Translations under genes and position numbers: made by a program | Notes under the pieces: model-generated | Seen by the model: only the letters and a program-made list of their open reading frames with translations | Told to the model about the DNA's origin: nothing | Database searches by the model: none | In this document: one piece after another, positions 1 through 10,298 of the stretch | How positions within the stretch are numbered: position 1 is the stretch's first letter | Layout of the letters: each line of letters starts with the position of its first letter | Source of the DNA: Gammaproteobacteria bacterium | GTDB lineage: Bacteria; Pseudomonadota; Gammaproteobacteria; SZUA-229 | Assembly: GCA_029882215.1 (NCBI GenBank) | Contig: JAOULC010000007.1 | Location: 13,546-77,545, forward strand | DNA: 64,000 nt | Direction: 5' to 3'

Positions 1-687
1 AGTGACATCAATATCAGCATTGTTGAGGCTGCTGACAGAATTTTACCCGGCTTACCGCCCAAACTGTCACAGGCCACAGAAGATCAGCTCAGCAAGCTAA
101 ATATCAGCGTACTGAAAAACGAACGGGTTATTAAGGTCACAAAAACAGAGTTATTCACTGACACAGGGCGTATTATTCCCGCCTGCATTAAAGTATGGGC
201 TGCCGGCATCAAAGCACCCAGCTTTTTGAAAAATATCGACGGGCTTGAGACCAATCACATTAATCAGCTGGTCGTTAAACAGAACCTGCAAACCACCGTT
301 GATGAAAATATTTTCTCTATGGGTGACTGCGCTGCCTGCCCCTGGCCTGAGATGGATAAGAATGTCCCCCCCCGCGCACAGTCGGCTCATCAGCAAGCAG
401 CACTACTGGTCAAAACAATGAAGCGAAGACTGGCCGGCAAAACACTACCTGATTTCAAATATTATGATTACGGTTCGCTGGTTTCACTGGGTAAATACAG
501 CACAGTCGGCAATTTAATGGGCAACCTGACAGGCAGCGTAATGGTGGAAGGTTTTATGGCTCGAATGGTGTATTTGTCGCTATACAAACTGCACCAGTTT
601 GCTCTGTTTGGTTTTTACCGGACCATGTTTTTAAGCATTGCGCATTTATTTCGCGCCTCGGTTCACCCCGAAATCAAACTGCATTAA
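1..687 (+). CDS. ndh: Type II NADH dehydrogenase (Ndh), C-terminal part; 5' end lies outside the window
   Basis: Open frame from base 1 in frame with ORF 226..687. The translation (…VWAAGIKAPSFLKNIDGLETN…MGDCAACPW…) matches the C-terminal FAD/NAD-binding and membrane-anchor region of NDH-2. Stop TAA at 685-687 is followed by a hairpin terminator. Confidence 0.8.
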   Translation, partial: SDINISIVEAADRILPGLPPKLSQATEDQLSKLNISVLKNERVIKVTKTELFTDTGRIIPACIKVWAAGIKAPSFLKNIDGLETNHINQLVVKQNLQTTVDENIFSMGDCAACPWPEMDKNVPPRAQSAHQQAALLVKTMKRRLAGKTLPDFKYYDYGSLVSLGKYSTVGNLMGNLTGSVMVEGFMARMVYLSLYKLHQFALFGFYRTMFLSIAHLFRASVHPEIKLH

Positions 688-712
688 CCAACTATTTCCG
701 CACTAAAAAAAA

Positions 713-748
713 GGCCGTTAATCGCTTTGCAGCTTAACGGCCTTTTTA
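713..748. terminator. Rho-independent terminator, bidirectional (A-run / stem ggccgttaa…ttaacggcc / T-run)
   Basis: Seen in sequence: a 9-bp perfect inverted repeat at 713-721 and 734-742, flanked by A8 upstream and T5 downstream. It sits between the convergent ndh (+) and nhaD (-) genes. Confidence 0.75.
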
Positions 749-830
749 TTGTTACTATTCAGTTGCTCGGGGGCAGGCTGACAGTGATACATCACGGGCA
801 GCGTGATTATTAACAGCTATTGCTAAGTCA

Positions 831-2213
831 TCAGAACATGCTGCTATTAATCCACATATGCACCCAGATACTGGCAACATAACCCAGTGCAATCACCGGT
901 GCCCACTTCAGGTGTCCGAAGAACGTGTACTTACCACGAGCCTGGCCCATTAATGCCACACCGGCAGCCGAGCCAATGGATAATAAACTACCACCGACAC
1001 CGGCGGTTAAAGTCACCAACAACCACTGGCCCTGTGACATGTCAGGATTCATCGTTAAAACGGCAAACATCACCGGAATATTATCTACAATGGCTGACAA
1101 CACGCCCACTGCAATATTCGCCGAAGTTGCACCCCACTGGTTATACATAATCTCTGATGCCAGTGATAAATAGCCGAGGAATCCCAGCCCACCCACACAC
1201 AAAACCACGCCATAGAAGAACAATAAGGTATCCCACTCAGCGCGTGCAATCTTGCTAAAAACATCAAACGGCACGATATCACCCATACGTGCACCGGCGT
1301 CCTGATGCTGCGTTTTTTTGATGTAATAGCCAAACAACTGCAGATACGACAGGCCGGTTAACATACCGATAACCGGTGGCAGATGAATAAAGTTATGGAA
1401 ACTGACGGCGGTAACAATCGTTAACAGAAAAAACATAATGATGCGTTTGGCTCCACGCTTCATATGAATCATTTCACCACTGGCGGTAGGCTGCTCGTTG
1501 GGAATAGCAAAATGCATAATTACCGACGGCACCAGAAAGTTAACAGCTGCAGGTACAAACAAGGCAAAGAACCCCCAGAAATCAACAATGCCTTTTTGCC
1601 AGACCATCAGCGTGGTGATGTCACCAAACGGGCTGAAGGCACCACCGGCATTGGCAGCGATAACAATATTAATACACGATAAGCTGACAAATTTAGTATT
1701 GCTACCACCAACAGCCATAACCACAGCACACATTAACAATGCCGTGGTTAAATTATCGGCTACCGGCGAGATAAAGAATGCCAGTATACCGGTTAACCAG
1801 AACAACTGACGAAAGCCAAAACCCTTACGAATCAGCCATGAACGCAGTGCATCAAAAACCAGTCGTTCTTCCATCGCGTTGATATAGGTCATTGCCACCA
1901 GTAAGAACAACATTAGCTCGGAGTATTCTAAAAGATTGTGTCGTACGGCCTGCTCCGCTGTATGCGACATACCGTTATTAGCGTAGATAACACCAATCAT
2001 AGCCCAGATAATACCGGCTGCTAAAATAACCGGCTTTGACTTACGCAGATGGGTAAACTCTTCTGCCATGACAAACAAATAAGCAATCACGAAAATCAGT
2101 ATTGATGCATAACCCACTGCACTAGTGGTGAGATCAAGAGTTTGCGCAGCCGTTGTGGATGCGCTTGCAAGCATCGGCATGAACAGCAAACCGAGAATTG
2201 ACAAAAGTTTCAA
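831..2213 (-). CDS. nhaD: NhaD-family Na+/H+ antiporter (ArsB/NhaD permease superfamily)
   Basis: 460-aa polytopic membrane protein with an N-terminal signal-like segment. Its length and hydrophobic profile are typical of the NhaD family. The assignment is by recalled family resemblance, not a computed search. Confidence 0.6.
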   Translation of the reverse strand: MKLLSILGLLFMPMLASASTTAAQTLDLTTSAVGYASILIFVIAYLFVMAEEFTHLRKSKPVILAAGIIWAMIGVIYANNGMSHTAEQAVRHNLLEYSELMLFLLVAMTYINAMEERLVFDALRSWLIRKGFGFRQLFWLTGILAFFISPVADNLTTALLMCAVVMAVGGSNTKFVSLSCINIVIAANAGGAFSPFGDITTLMVWQKGIVDFWGFFALFVPAAVNFLVPSVIMHFAIPNEQPTASGEMIHMKRGAKRIIMFFLLTIVTAVSFHNFIHLPPVIGMLTGLSYLQLFGYYIKKTQHQDAGARMGDIVPFDVFSKIARAEWDTLLFFYGVVLCVGGLGFLGYLSLASEIMYNQWGATSANIAVGVLSAIVDNIPVMFAVLTMNPDMSQGQWLLVTLTAGVGGSLLSIGSAAGVALMGQARGKYTFFGHLKWAPVIALGYVASIWVHMWINSSMF

Positions 2214-2320
2214 AACACTTCCCCTAAGATTTAATTTTGAGAGTCCGCGCCTTGCCGTCCCTGGCAGTGCGGATTTGGGATGCTTTTACAAATTCAAAAT
2301 AATAGTAAGATTTATTATTT

Positions 2321-4294
2321 TTATAATTTTACGTCGAAAACTAAATTCATCATTACCATTAATACAATCAGGAACAGTACCGTCATGATACCGCCGGCTT
2401 TCATGAAGTCTGGAACCCGATAACCGCCCGGCCCCATGATCAGCGCATTCACCTGATGAGTTGGAATTAAGAAAGAGTTAGATGTAGCCAGTGCAACGGT
2501 CAAAGCAAACACCGCAGGGTTCGCACCGGCACCAATTGCAATGTTTACCGCCAGTGGCACCAGTAATACGGTTGCACCGACATTTGACATAACCAGCGTA
2601 AAGAACGTTGCCAGCACGGCAACTGCTAACTGAATCACCCAGATAGGTGCCCCGTCCATCAGTACTAGTGTCTGATCGGCAATCCACTTAGCGGTACCGG
2701 TTGACTCAACGGCAAAACCCAATGGTATTAAGCTGGCCAGTAAGAATACCGTTTTCCAGCTTACCGCTTCATAGGCTTCATCAATACTTAAAACACCCGA
2801 TAAAATCATGCCGATCGCACCTGTTAATAATGCCACCGATAAACGCAAATCAGTAAACAGCACCATAAACAGGGCAACCGCAAAGAAGAACAACGCAAAA
2901 CCCAGTTTATGCGGGCGGCTTTCTTCATGCGGGTATTCAGTGGTCACCACAACAAAGTTTTTAGTGTCTTTTTCTAAACGCGACAATGCATCCCAGCTTG
3001 TGTGGCAAACTAAGGTATCACCTGCCAGAAAAGGCAGATCACGCACGCCGGCGCCTTCACGGATTGTTTCGCCGCCACGGTGAATAGCCATAACAGCCAG
3101 ACCATAGGTTTTACGCATCCAGACATCAACTGCTGATTTTCCAATCAGGCTCGAGCCCGGTGCAATCACCACTTCAGCCATACCGCTCTTAGACGGGTCG
3201 AGTAGTTCCTTGAAGACAACCAGTTCGCTCGAAACATCTGCGCCAATCGCATCGGCCAGTGCTGTTACCTGTACAGAATCAGCTACCACGCCCAGCGTCT
3301 GACCTACTTCTAATTCAGTATCACGGTTCGGTAAAATTGGCGCAGGACTTCCTGCACATATTGCGACGATACGAACTTTATAAGCCCGCTCCAGTGTCAT
3401 CAGATTTCGGCCCAGTAACGGGCTGCCTTCCGTGACTTTAATTTCATACATATCGTAGTGAACGCCATATGTTTCTTTATAGTAATCCAGCGTATCAGTA
3501 CCTTCCGAGCCATCTGATTTAACCACTGGCAAAACAAAGCGACCGGCAATCACGAAGTAGGTAATACCAACCGTTACCATCACAATACCAATCGGGGTAA
3601 CTGAAAATAACGACCAGGTACCCATTTGCTGATCAGCCGGCAGCGCGGTATTTGATGTCAGAATCAGGTCATTCAAAAGAATTAGCGGACTAGAACCCAC
3701 CATGGTCATGGTACCGCCCAAGATCGCAGTAAACCCCATCGGCATTAATAAACGAGACATCGGCAAACCGGAGCGTGCAGAGATACGTGAGACAACCGGC
3801 AGGAACAACGCCGCGGCACCAACGTTTTGCATGAATGATGAAATAAAACCAACCGTTGCTGAAATAATTGGAATGATACGCGCTTCTGTCGTACCACCTA
3901 TTTGCAAGATAAACGCAGCCACTTTTGTCATCAGGCCGGTTTTATCCAGCCCCGCGCCTATGATCATAACCGCGACAATCGACATAACCGCGTTACTGGC
4001 AAAACCATTAAATAGTATTGAGGTGTCAACCAGACCTTTGTCAAGGCCCATATAAGGTGCCAGCAATGTTGTTAAACCCAGCAACACCATGACAGTAATG
4101 GCTGCAACATCAACATCAACCACCTCAAAAGCAAACAGGTAAATAGTCAGCAATAAAATCGCTGTTACCCAGGCAATCTGAATACTGGGAACAACCGTCG
4201 ACAGATAAACAGCTAACACAGAGAAAATGGCAGCGGCAACCAGCTGCTTTATGTTCTCTTTAGAATCAAAAAAATTTGCCACTATGGCCTCCAA
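2321..4294 (-). CDS. SLC13/DASS-type anion permease with two central TrkA-C (RCK_C) domains (YfbS-like)
   Basis: 657 aa. N- and C-terminal transmembrane halves flank two tandem ~80-aa RCK_C-like segments (EIKVTEGSPLLGRNL…; EVVIAPGSSLIGKSA…GDTLV). Confidence 0.65.
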   Translation of the reverse strand: MEAIVANFFDSKENIKQLVAAAIFSVLAVYLSTVVPSIQIAWVTAILLLTIYLFAFEVVDVDVAAITVMVLLGLTTLLAPYMGLDKGLVDTSILFNGFASNAVMSIVAVMIIGAGLDKTGLMTKVAAFILQIGGTTEARIIPIISATVGFISSFMQNVGAAALFLPVVSRISARSGLPMSRLLMPMGFTAILGGTMTMVGSSPLILLNDLILTSNTALPADQQMGTWSLFSVTPIGIVMVTVGITYFVIAGRFVLPVVKSDGSEGTDTLDYYKETYGVHYDMYEIKVTEGSPLLGRNLMTLERAYKVRIVAICAGSPAPILPNRDTELEVGQTLGVVADSVQVTALADAIGADVSSELVVFKELLDPSKSGMAEVVIAPGSSLIGKSAVDVWMRKTYGLAVMAIHRGGETIREGAGVRDLPFLAGDTLVCHTSWDALSRLEKDTKNFVVVTTEYPHEESRPHKLGFALFFFAVALFMVLFTDLRLSVALLTGAIGMILSGVLSIDEAYEAVSWKTVFLLASLIPLGFAVESTGTAKWIADQTLVLMDGAPIWVIQLAVAVLATFFTLVMSNVGATVLLVPLAVNIAIGAGANPAVFALTVALATSNSFLIPTHQVNALIMGPGGYRVPDFMKAGGIMTVLFLIVLMVMMNLVFDVKL

Positions 4295-4525
4295 ATACTA
4301 AAAGTGTGCTCAGACTGGCCGTTAGAAACACTCTTTCAGATGGCTCATAGACGGAAAAGCTGAGGAAAAAACAGACTCAATATATACTAAACCCGGTGCA
4401 ATTTGAAGCGACTATACCAAACAGGATATACCCGCTGTGCACTCAGACAGGACTTTTTATAAAATAATTTTGTCTCAGTAAGCCCGTCTTTTTATTTTAA
4501 CGACGGATACTTCACACGCTGCATT

Positions 4526-5989
4526 TTATTGCGGTTGCATTAACGGCAAGGTGAAATGAAAAATAACACCTGTCTGATCTTTGGCATTTTCTGCCCAGAT
4601 ATTGCCATGATGCGCTAAGATAATTTTTTTACTAACAGACAACCCCAGTCCGGCACCACCGGCGCCATCTTTGGTTTCGCTGCTCTGAACAAAGCTGTCG
4701 AAAATATTTGATACTTCATCATCGGGTATTAGCGGACCCTTGTTTTGAATCTGAAAGTGTATACTCAGCTCATTTATTACATCTTTTTTTATTATGATTT
4801 CAACCTTTGAGCTTGCCTCAGAAAATTTAGCTGCATTAGCTAACAAGCTCATTATCACTGTATAAATCCCTTTTAAATCAAATTCAGCAAGCGCTTCAAC
4901 ATCACTCTGCACTGAAACAACAAGCTGCTTTTCTTGCAACAACACCGTACTCTCATCACAACAACTATCAGTCAGTGTTTTTAAGTTATGCATTTCATAA
5001 AAAACTTCATAGCCGCCGGTCTCCAGCTTTGAAAGATCCAGCAGCTTATCAATTAAAACCATCAGCCTAATTCCTGACTTTCGTATCATGCTGAAATATT
5101 CGCTCTCACTCACAGAACAAGCCACCTTGTTCTCGCCAAGTTCTGAATAGCCAAGAATGGCGTGCATTGGTGTTCGTAGCTCATGTGATATGTTAGCAAT
5201 GAATTCACTTTTAGCTTTATTAGCAAACTCGGCCTTTTGCTTCGCTGAAAGCGCATCATCACGTGCGACTTTTAAGGCTTCAAAAGACTTGACGAGGTGC
5301 GAAGACATTGCATCAAAGCTTCGCGCCAGCTCACCGATCTCGTCCTGGCGATTAAATATATGAGGAGAAAACCTAACACCTTGCTCCAGTGTAAAATCCG
5401 CTGCTGCACGGGTGAGTTGTCTTATCGGCCTGATGATCTTATCCGCGATAATATAAACCCCAGCCATCAGCAGTAAACTGGCCATCAGCATAATAGCCAT
5501 TAAGCGATATAATTTTTCTTCATCATGATCGTGGCTAAAATCCATGTAATAAGCAACATGAGCATTAGCCAGATGTGTGTTTCCTGAGACAGCTGAAGAA
5601 ACAACCTCCGTCACTGGTCGCTGCTGATACATGCTTCTTTTTGTCACTTGTACAACAGGTTTTGCTTCGGTTACCATTTTTTTCCCGACTTCCGGCAAGT
5701 CTGTATGTGCCAGCACTTCTCCTTCTGGCCGCACCAGTGCTGCGTAAGCATAGCCGTCCTCTGGTAAGGACAAACTCACCCCCCGGTTCATCAGCTCATA
5801 ATTTTCTGCTACCAGTGCATCAATACTGCCTTCAGCCAGAATTTTAGCGTGATGCAAAGCCATACTTTTATGATGCTCATCCATGTTTTCATCAGCATCT
5901 TTAATGATCACTACTGCTGTCAGCCACAGAGCCACTCCCATTACAGTCAATAAGCTAATCATTAAGCGTAAGCGAATACTTATTTTCAT
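4526..5989 (-). CDS. Membrane sensor histidine kinase (periplasmic sensor domain, HisKA, HATPase_c)
   Basis: Two TM segments bracket a ~150-aa periplasmic domain. H-box ISHELRTPMHAILGYSEL and G-boxes (GGAGLGLSVSKKI) are present. No response regulator gene is adjacent. Confidence 0.9.
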   Translation of the reverse strand: MKISIRLRLMISLLTVMGVALWLTAVVIIKDADENMDEHHKSMALHHAKILAEGSIDALVAENYELMNRGVSLSLPEDGYAYAALVRPEGEVLAHTDLPEVGKKMVTEAKPVVQVTKRSMYQQRPVTEVVSSAVSGNTHLANAHVAYYMDFSHDHDEEKLYRLMAIMLMASLLLMAGVYIIADKIIRPIRQLTRAAADFTLEQGVRFSPHIFNRQDEIGELARSFDAMSSHLVKSFEALKVARDDALSAKQKAEFANKAKSEFIANISHELRTPMHAILGYSELGENKVACSVSESEYFSMIRKSGIRLMVLIDKLLDLSKLETGGYEVFYEMHNLKTLTDSCCDESTVLLQEKQLVVSVQSDVEALAEFDLKGIYTVIMSLLANAAKFSEASSKVEIIIKKDVINELSIHFQIQNKGPLIPDDEVSNIFDSFVQSSETKDGAGGAGLGLSVSKKIILAHHGNIWAENAKDQTGVIFHFTLPLMQPQ

Positions 5990-6266
5990 TTATTAAACCC
6001 TGCTGACTTCGCTAAACATTCTGCCACTCTTATTGCTAACTGTCTCTGTTATTACAGACATTTTTCATGCGTAAGCAGCCGGTTCTATTTTTTTAGCTGC
6101 AAAGTAAATACACGTATCAGCACAGCTATTGACGCTTTATTATTACAAACTGATACAAACACTGATTAAGTCTACTTCACTCTGACGACTAAATACCCTG
6201 AATTACTCCCTTTTAACGAGATTGTAACTCTACTGATCGGCGCACTTAATTTATGGCAAAAAAAAA

Positions 6267-6292
6267 GCCGGCATCAAGGCCGGCTTTTTTTT
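6267..6292 (-). terminator. Rho-independent terminator downstream of sulP (also a bidirectional A-run/T-run hairpin)
   Basis: Stem gccggc…gccggc with a 6-nt loop, preceded by A9 and followed by T8. It lies 18 nt past the sulP stop on the minus strand. Confidence 0.8.
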
Positions 6293-6309
6293 GCGGTTTA
6301 TGTGTTAAT

Positions 6310-8094
6310 TTACTTTAGTTTTGGATCTTCCTGACATTCTTTGAAAACGCGTTTATCGCAGGCTTTACATATGGTCTTGTCCAGCTTTTGATAAATACCT
6401 CTGATAGCCACTTCTCTGGACTGGAACACATTGCGCCCGCCCATCTCATCCAGACAACCACAAGCTTCCAGTGACTCCCATAAGCCTTCTTTAACGTGGA
6501 TCAGGTACATGTCCCCGCCAATGGCATGCCGGCGTTTGGCTTCTTTAACCAATGCAGAGCCACCTTGTATATCGGCAAAATTAATACCCTGTGCATTAAT
6601 TGCCAGATGTTTTTGCTCCGGATACTGGTCTTCTATTTTTGCAAATGCATCTGCTATGTGATTTGCTGAACCGAAGAAAACAGAGCCATCAATACGTAAA
6701 AAGTGTAGCTGGGGACACTGCGGCAGCCCCGGATCACTGGAGAACGCATGTTTCTCCAGACGAGGATCCGGTGTACGCGTTACGATGCGAGGCTTGGAAA
6801 CCTTCATCAGGTACAACATCAGCGATAATAAGACACCGGCGAAGATAGCAAATTCCAGCTCGAGGAATAAAGCACCCAGCAAGGTAACGCCCATAATACT
6901 GATTTCACTGCGGTTACTGTGCAGAATATGGCCTAACTCTTTAAAATCGATCAAGCCCCAGGCCACCAGAAACAAAATACCGGCCATCGCTGCTTTCGGT
7001 AAAAAGGCGGCATAAGGTGCTACCATAACCACGATCACAACCAGCATACTGCCAGCAAACACAGCCGCTAATGGCGTTTTTGCACCCGACTGATAATTCA
7101 GGCCACTGCGGTTAAATGAGCCAGTCGCCACATAACCAGAGAAGAAACTGCCGGCAATATTAGACAAGCCCTGACCGATGAATTCCTGATTACCATCAAT
7201 ACGCTGACCACTGCGCGAACCAATAGAACGACCGATGGATACCGCTTCGGTGAGTGCAAACAGGGTAACGGCGAGTGCGACCGGTGCCAGATCACGGATA
7301 ACACTTAATGTGAAGTTGGGTGATGATAACGGTGGCAAGGTATCCGGTAATGCACCCACCACAGCAATCTGAGTGACTTCGCTGCCAAACATCATATTCA
7401 GCACATAAGCCAGAGCACTACCGATTAACATGGCAATAATCATGTAAGGGAGTTTTGGAAACCAGCGCTTTATTGCGATACCGGATAATAAAGTAACCAG
7501 CGCCACTGCCGTGACGTAGATATTAATATTGGGAATCTGCTGGTAAAAACTCACCAAGACGTCATTCAGATGCCCGCCTCTTGGCATTTCCACACCAAAG
7601 AAGTTCTTTAACTGTTTGCTGGCAATTAAAATAGCTGCGCCAGCTGTGAAACCTACAATCACCGAATGAGAAATGAAGTTAACCAGCGCCCCCATTCTCG
7701 CCAGACCCATCACCAGCTGAATGATACCGACCATAAATGTCAGTGTTAATGCCAGCACCACAAAGTCCATTGAACCGGGCGCGGCATACACACTCAGCGA
7801 AGAAAACAGTACCACAGATGCCGCCGTGGTCGGACCCGACACCAGATGCCAGGATGAACCCCACAATGCCGCAACAATCGCCGGCACCATACCCGCATAA
7901 AGGCCATATTCAGGCGGCATACCCGCAATGGTTGCAAAGGCAACGCCTTGCGGCAACACCACAACGGCGCCGGTTAACCCGGCCATCAGGTCAATGCGTA
8001 AGCTTTGACCAGTGACCCGAGGCCACCATAAAAGAAAAGGAAAGACTTTATAAAACCAGTCAGGCTGTGATTTTTTGTTTTGCGTGTTCGTCAT
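6310..8094 (-). CDS. SulP-family inorganic anion (sulfate/bicarbonate-type) transporter with C-terminal STAS domain
   Basis: 594 aa. The conserved SulP N-terminal motif (…LMAGLTGAVVVLPQGVAFATIAGMPPEYGLY…) and a C-terminal STAS-like domain are present. There is an unusual Cys-rich tail (CKACDKRVFKECQ). Confidence 0.85.
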   Translation of the reverse strand: MTNTQNKKSQPDWFYKVFPFLLWWPRVTGQSLRIDLMAGLTGAVVVLPQGVAFATIAGMPPEYGLYAGMVPAIVAALWGSSWHLVSGPTTAASVVLFSSLSVYAAPGSMDFVVLALTLTFMVGIIQLVMGLARMGALVNFISHSVIVGFTAGAAILIASKQLKNFFGVEMPRGGHLNDVLVSFYQQIPNINIYVTAVALVTLLSGIAIKRWFPKLPYMIIAMLIGSALAYVLNMMFGSEVTQIAVVGALPDTLPPLSSPNFTLSVIRDLAPVALAVTLFALTEAVSIGRSIGSRSGQRIDGNQEFIGQGLSNIAGSFFSGYVATGSFNRSGLNYQSGAKTPLAAVFAGSMLVVIVVMVAPYAAFLPKAAMAGILFLVAWGLIDFKELGHILHSNRSEISIMGVTLLGALFLELEFAIFAGVLLSLMLYLMKVSKPRIVTRTPDPRLEKHAFSSDPGLPQCPQLHFLRIDGSVFFGSANHIADAFAKIEDQYPEQKHLAINAQGINFADIQGGSALVKEAKRRHAIGGDMYLIHVKEGLWESLEACGCLDEMGGRNVFQSREVAIRGIYQKLDKTICKACDKRVFKECQEDPKLK

Positions 8095-8351
8095 ACAGGC
8101 TCCGTATTATGAAAGTATATTCCGTTAACACTGCCGAGAAGATTTATAACGGAGACCGGCCTGAAGAGTATCCAGCAGAAAGCCAGTAGCCCGCAATATT
8201 AGCATAATCTAATAACCCTCTCAATCTGCTCAAACCGCTATAGCACTTAAAGCTTATTATCCGAGTGTTCTTTAATCTCTCTGAATGTACTAAAATAGCC
8301 TATCTGGCAGACCTTACTACCTATACCTTATCGTCATTCTTGTGGATTAAT

Positions 8352-9395
8352 ATGAGCAAACAATACAAAGCAGCCGCCCTGATATCAGGTGGCCTCGATT
8401 CTTTATTAGCCGCAAAAGTGATGCTGGAGCAGGGTATTCATGTTGAAGGCATTAATTTCTACACCGGTTTTTGCGTTGAGGGTCATACCGCCGCTATTCG
8501 CAAAAAACATCAGGACAAAGCCAAACGCAATAACGCACTGTGGTCAGCCGAACAACTAGGCATTAAGTTACACATTGTCGATATCGTTGAAGAATACAAA
8601 GATGTTTTGATCAATCCAAAACACGGCTATGGTGCCAATATGAACCCGTGTCTCGACTGTAAAATCTTTATGGTTAAAAAAGCCAAACAATGGATTGAAG
8701 AGAATGATTTCGATTTCATCATCACCGGTGAAGTCATGGGTCAGCGCCCGATGTCGCAGCGTAAAGAGGTCATGCCGGTTGTGGTAAACGAATCCGGTGC
8801 CGGTGATATATTACTGCGTCCACTGTGCGCAAAGAACCTGCCTAAAACACGGCCCGAAATTGAAGGCTGGGTAGATCGTGACAAATTACTCGCTTTTCAT
8901 GGTCGTAATCGCAAGCCGCAAATGGCACTGGCTAAAGAGTTTGGTTTTGAGGATTATGCCGCACCGGCCGGTGGTTGCTGTTTTCTCACCGATGAAAACT
9001 ATTCAACCAAGCTGGTTGACTTATGGCAGGCTCGCAGCAGCCGTGACTACGAAATGGATGACATCATGCTGCTTAAAATTGGCCGCCACCTACGACCCAA
9101 ACCTTACTTCAAACTCATTGTCGGTCGTGAAGAAGGTGAAAACAAATTCATGCAGGGCTATACCAAAACGTATACCAATATAAAAACCGTGAGCCATGCC
9201 GGGCCGCTTTGTTTAATTGACGGCCCCGCCGATAAAGATGACCTGCTATTTGCTGCGCAGATGGTTGCACGCTATAGTCAGGGGAAAAACGAAGACAATG
9301 TCATTCTCTCAATTAACCAGCCTAATGCTGAACCTTACGAAGTCAGCGTTAAGCCGCTAGCGGCCAGTGAAATTAAGCAGGAGTGGCACGTATGA
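8352..9395 (+). CDS. PP-loop ATP pyrophosphatase, ThiI-like sulfurtransferase domain protein (no THUMP or rhodanese; CxxC motif)
   Basis: The N-terminal PP-loop ALISGGLDS sits 10 residues from the Met at 8352. ThiI-like motifs are ITGEVMGQRPMSQ and ILLRPL. A CxxC is present (NPCLDCK), plus a GGCCF motif. The upstream in-frame extension to 8265 uses GTG and would push the PP-loop unusually far from the N-terminus, so the 8352 start is preferred. Confidence 0.7.
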   Translation: MSKQYKAAALISGGLDSLLAAKVMLEQGIHVEGINFYTGFCVEGHTAAIRKKHQDKAKRNNALWSAEQLGIKLHIVDIVEEYKDVLINPKHGYGANMNPCLDCKIFMVKKAKQWIEENDFDFIITGEVMGQRPMSQRKEVMPVVVNESGAGDILLRPLCAKNLPKTRPEIEGWVDRDKLLAFHGRNRKPQMALAKEFGFEDYAAPAGGCCFLTDENYSTKLVDLWQARSSRDYEMDDIMLLKIGRHLRPKPYFKLIVGREEGENKFMQGYTKTYTNIKTVSHAGPLCLIDGPADKDDLLFAAQMVARYSQGKNEDNVILSINQPNAEPYEVSVKPLAASEIKQEWHV

Positions 9396-9616
9396 GTGCG
9401 CACACACTGGATGTACGCCGGCTACTTTGCCCGATGCCGGTAATACGTACGCAAAACAAAGTGAATGAGCTGCAAGCCGGTGACACCTTAGTGGTCAGCT
9501 GTACCGACCCCGGTGTGCTAAATGACATCCCTGCCTGGTGCCGGATTAATGGCCATAAAATACTCAGCACTAAAGAACATGACGATGAAATTATCATTGA
9601 GGTTGAAGTCTGCTGA
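9383..9616 (+). CDS. tusA: TusA-like sulfur carrier protein (CPxP motif)
   Basis: 77 aa with an LCPMPV motif at the N-terminus. A good RBS (aggag) lies upstream, and the gene overlaps the PP-loop gene 3' end by 13 nt, implying co-transcription. Confidence 0.85.
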   Translation: MARMSAHTLDVRRLLCPMPVIRTQNKVNELQAGDTLVVSCTDPGVLNDIPAWCRINGHKILSTKEHDDEIIIEVEVC

Positions 9617-9638
9617 TTAATGCTCAGCAGACTTCAAC
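9602..9638. terminator. Convergent hairpin terminator (15-bp perfect inverted repeat) between tusA and the carbonic anhydrase gene
   Basis: gttgaagtctgctga / ttaatgc / tcagcagacttcaac, followed by gctttt. The hairpin overlaps the last codons of tusA. Confidence 0.6.
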
Positions 9639-9668
9639 GCTTTTACAGGTTTTCTGGCTGCTCCAGCT

Positions 9669-10298
9669 TTACTCTGGCAGGCCCTCAAAAAATATAACCT
9701 CGCCTGTCTCCAGCGAATATTCTGCACCGACGATTAACAGGCCGTCATTATCACTTAGCTTTTCGAGCAGGCTCGAACCATGCCTCAGCTGATTGGCAGA
9801 TGCGCGGACATTTGCACGCATCGACTGCTCAATCAGTTCATCATCATCGTGCCATAATTCAGTGACTTTAAACGGTTCGACCGATGGCCGAATTCGATCA
9901 ACAATGGATTTAATATTTTGTGACTGCTCGGCATTAGGCCGCTTTAGTTCATCGACAGTGGCGCGGATAGCACCGCACTGTGAGTGACCTAATACAACAA
10001 CAAGCCGGGTTTCAAACTGAGAGGCGGCAAACTCAACACTGCCGATTTGTGAGGGGGCGACAATATTGCCGGCCACGCGAATCACAAATAAGTCGCCCAG
10101 CCCCTGATCAAACACAATCTCTGCGGGTACGCGCGAATCCGAACAACCCAGAATAATGGCAAAAGGTGTTTGCCCGCCGGTTAGCTCATCACGTCGTGTA
10201 TGTGTTGTCATTGATTCAATTGAACGCAGCCCTTTCACAAAACGCTGATTACCTTCTTTTAATCGTTGTAACGCCTCTACTGCACCAATCATTATCAA
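9669..10298 (-). CDS. Beta-class carbonic anhydrase
   Basis: Zn-ligand motifs CSDSR and HSQCGAI are present, and 209 aa is a typical beta-CA length. Confidence 0.9.
   Translation of the reverse strand: MIMIGAVEALQRLKEGNQRFVKGLRSIESMTTHTRRDELTGGQTPFAIILGCSDSRVPAEIVFDQGLGDLFVIRVAGNIVAPSQIGSVEFAASQFETRLVVVLGHSQCGAIRATVDELKRPNAEQSQNIKSIVDRIRPSVEPFKVTELWHDDDELIEQSMRANVRASANQLRHGSSLLEKLSDNDGLLIVGAEYSLETGEVIFFEGLPE

Noticed and set aside
8265-8351. Upstream extension of the PP-loop ORF (GTG start giving an extra 29 residues)
   Set aside because: It would place the SGGxDS PP-loop abnormally far from the N-terminus. The ATG at 8352 gives the canonical spacing.
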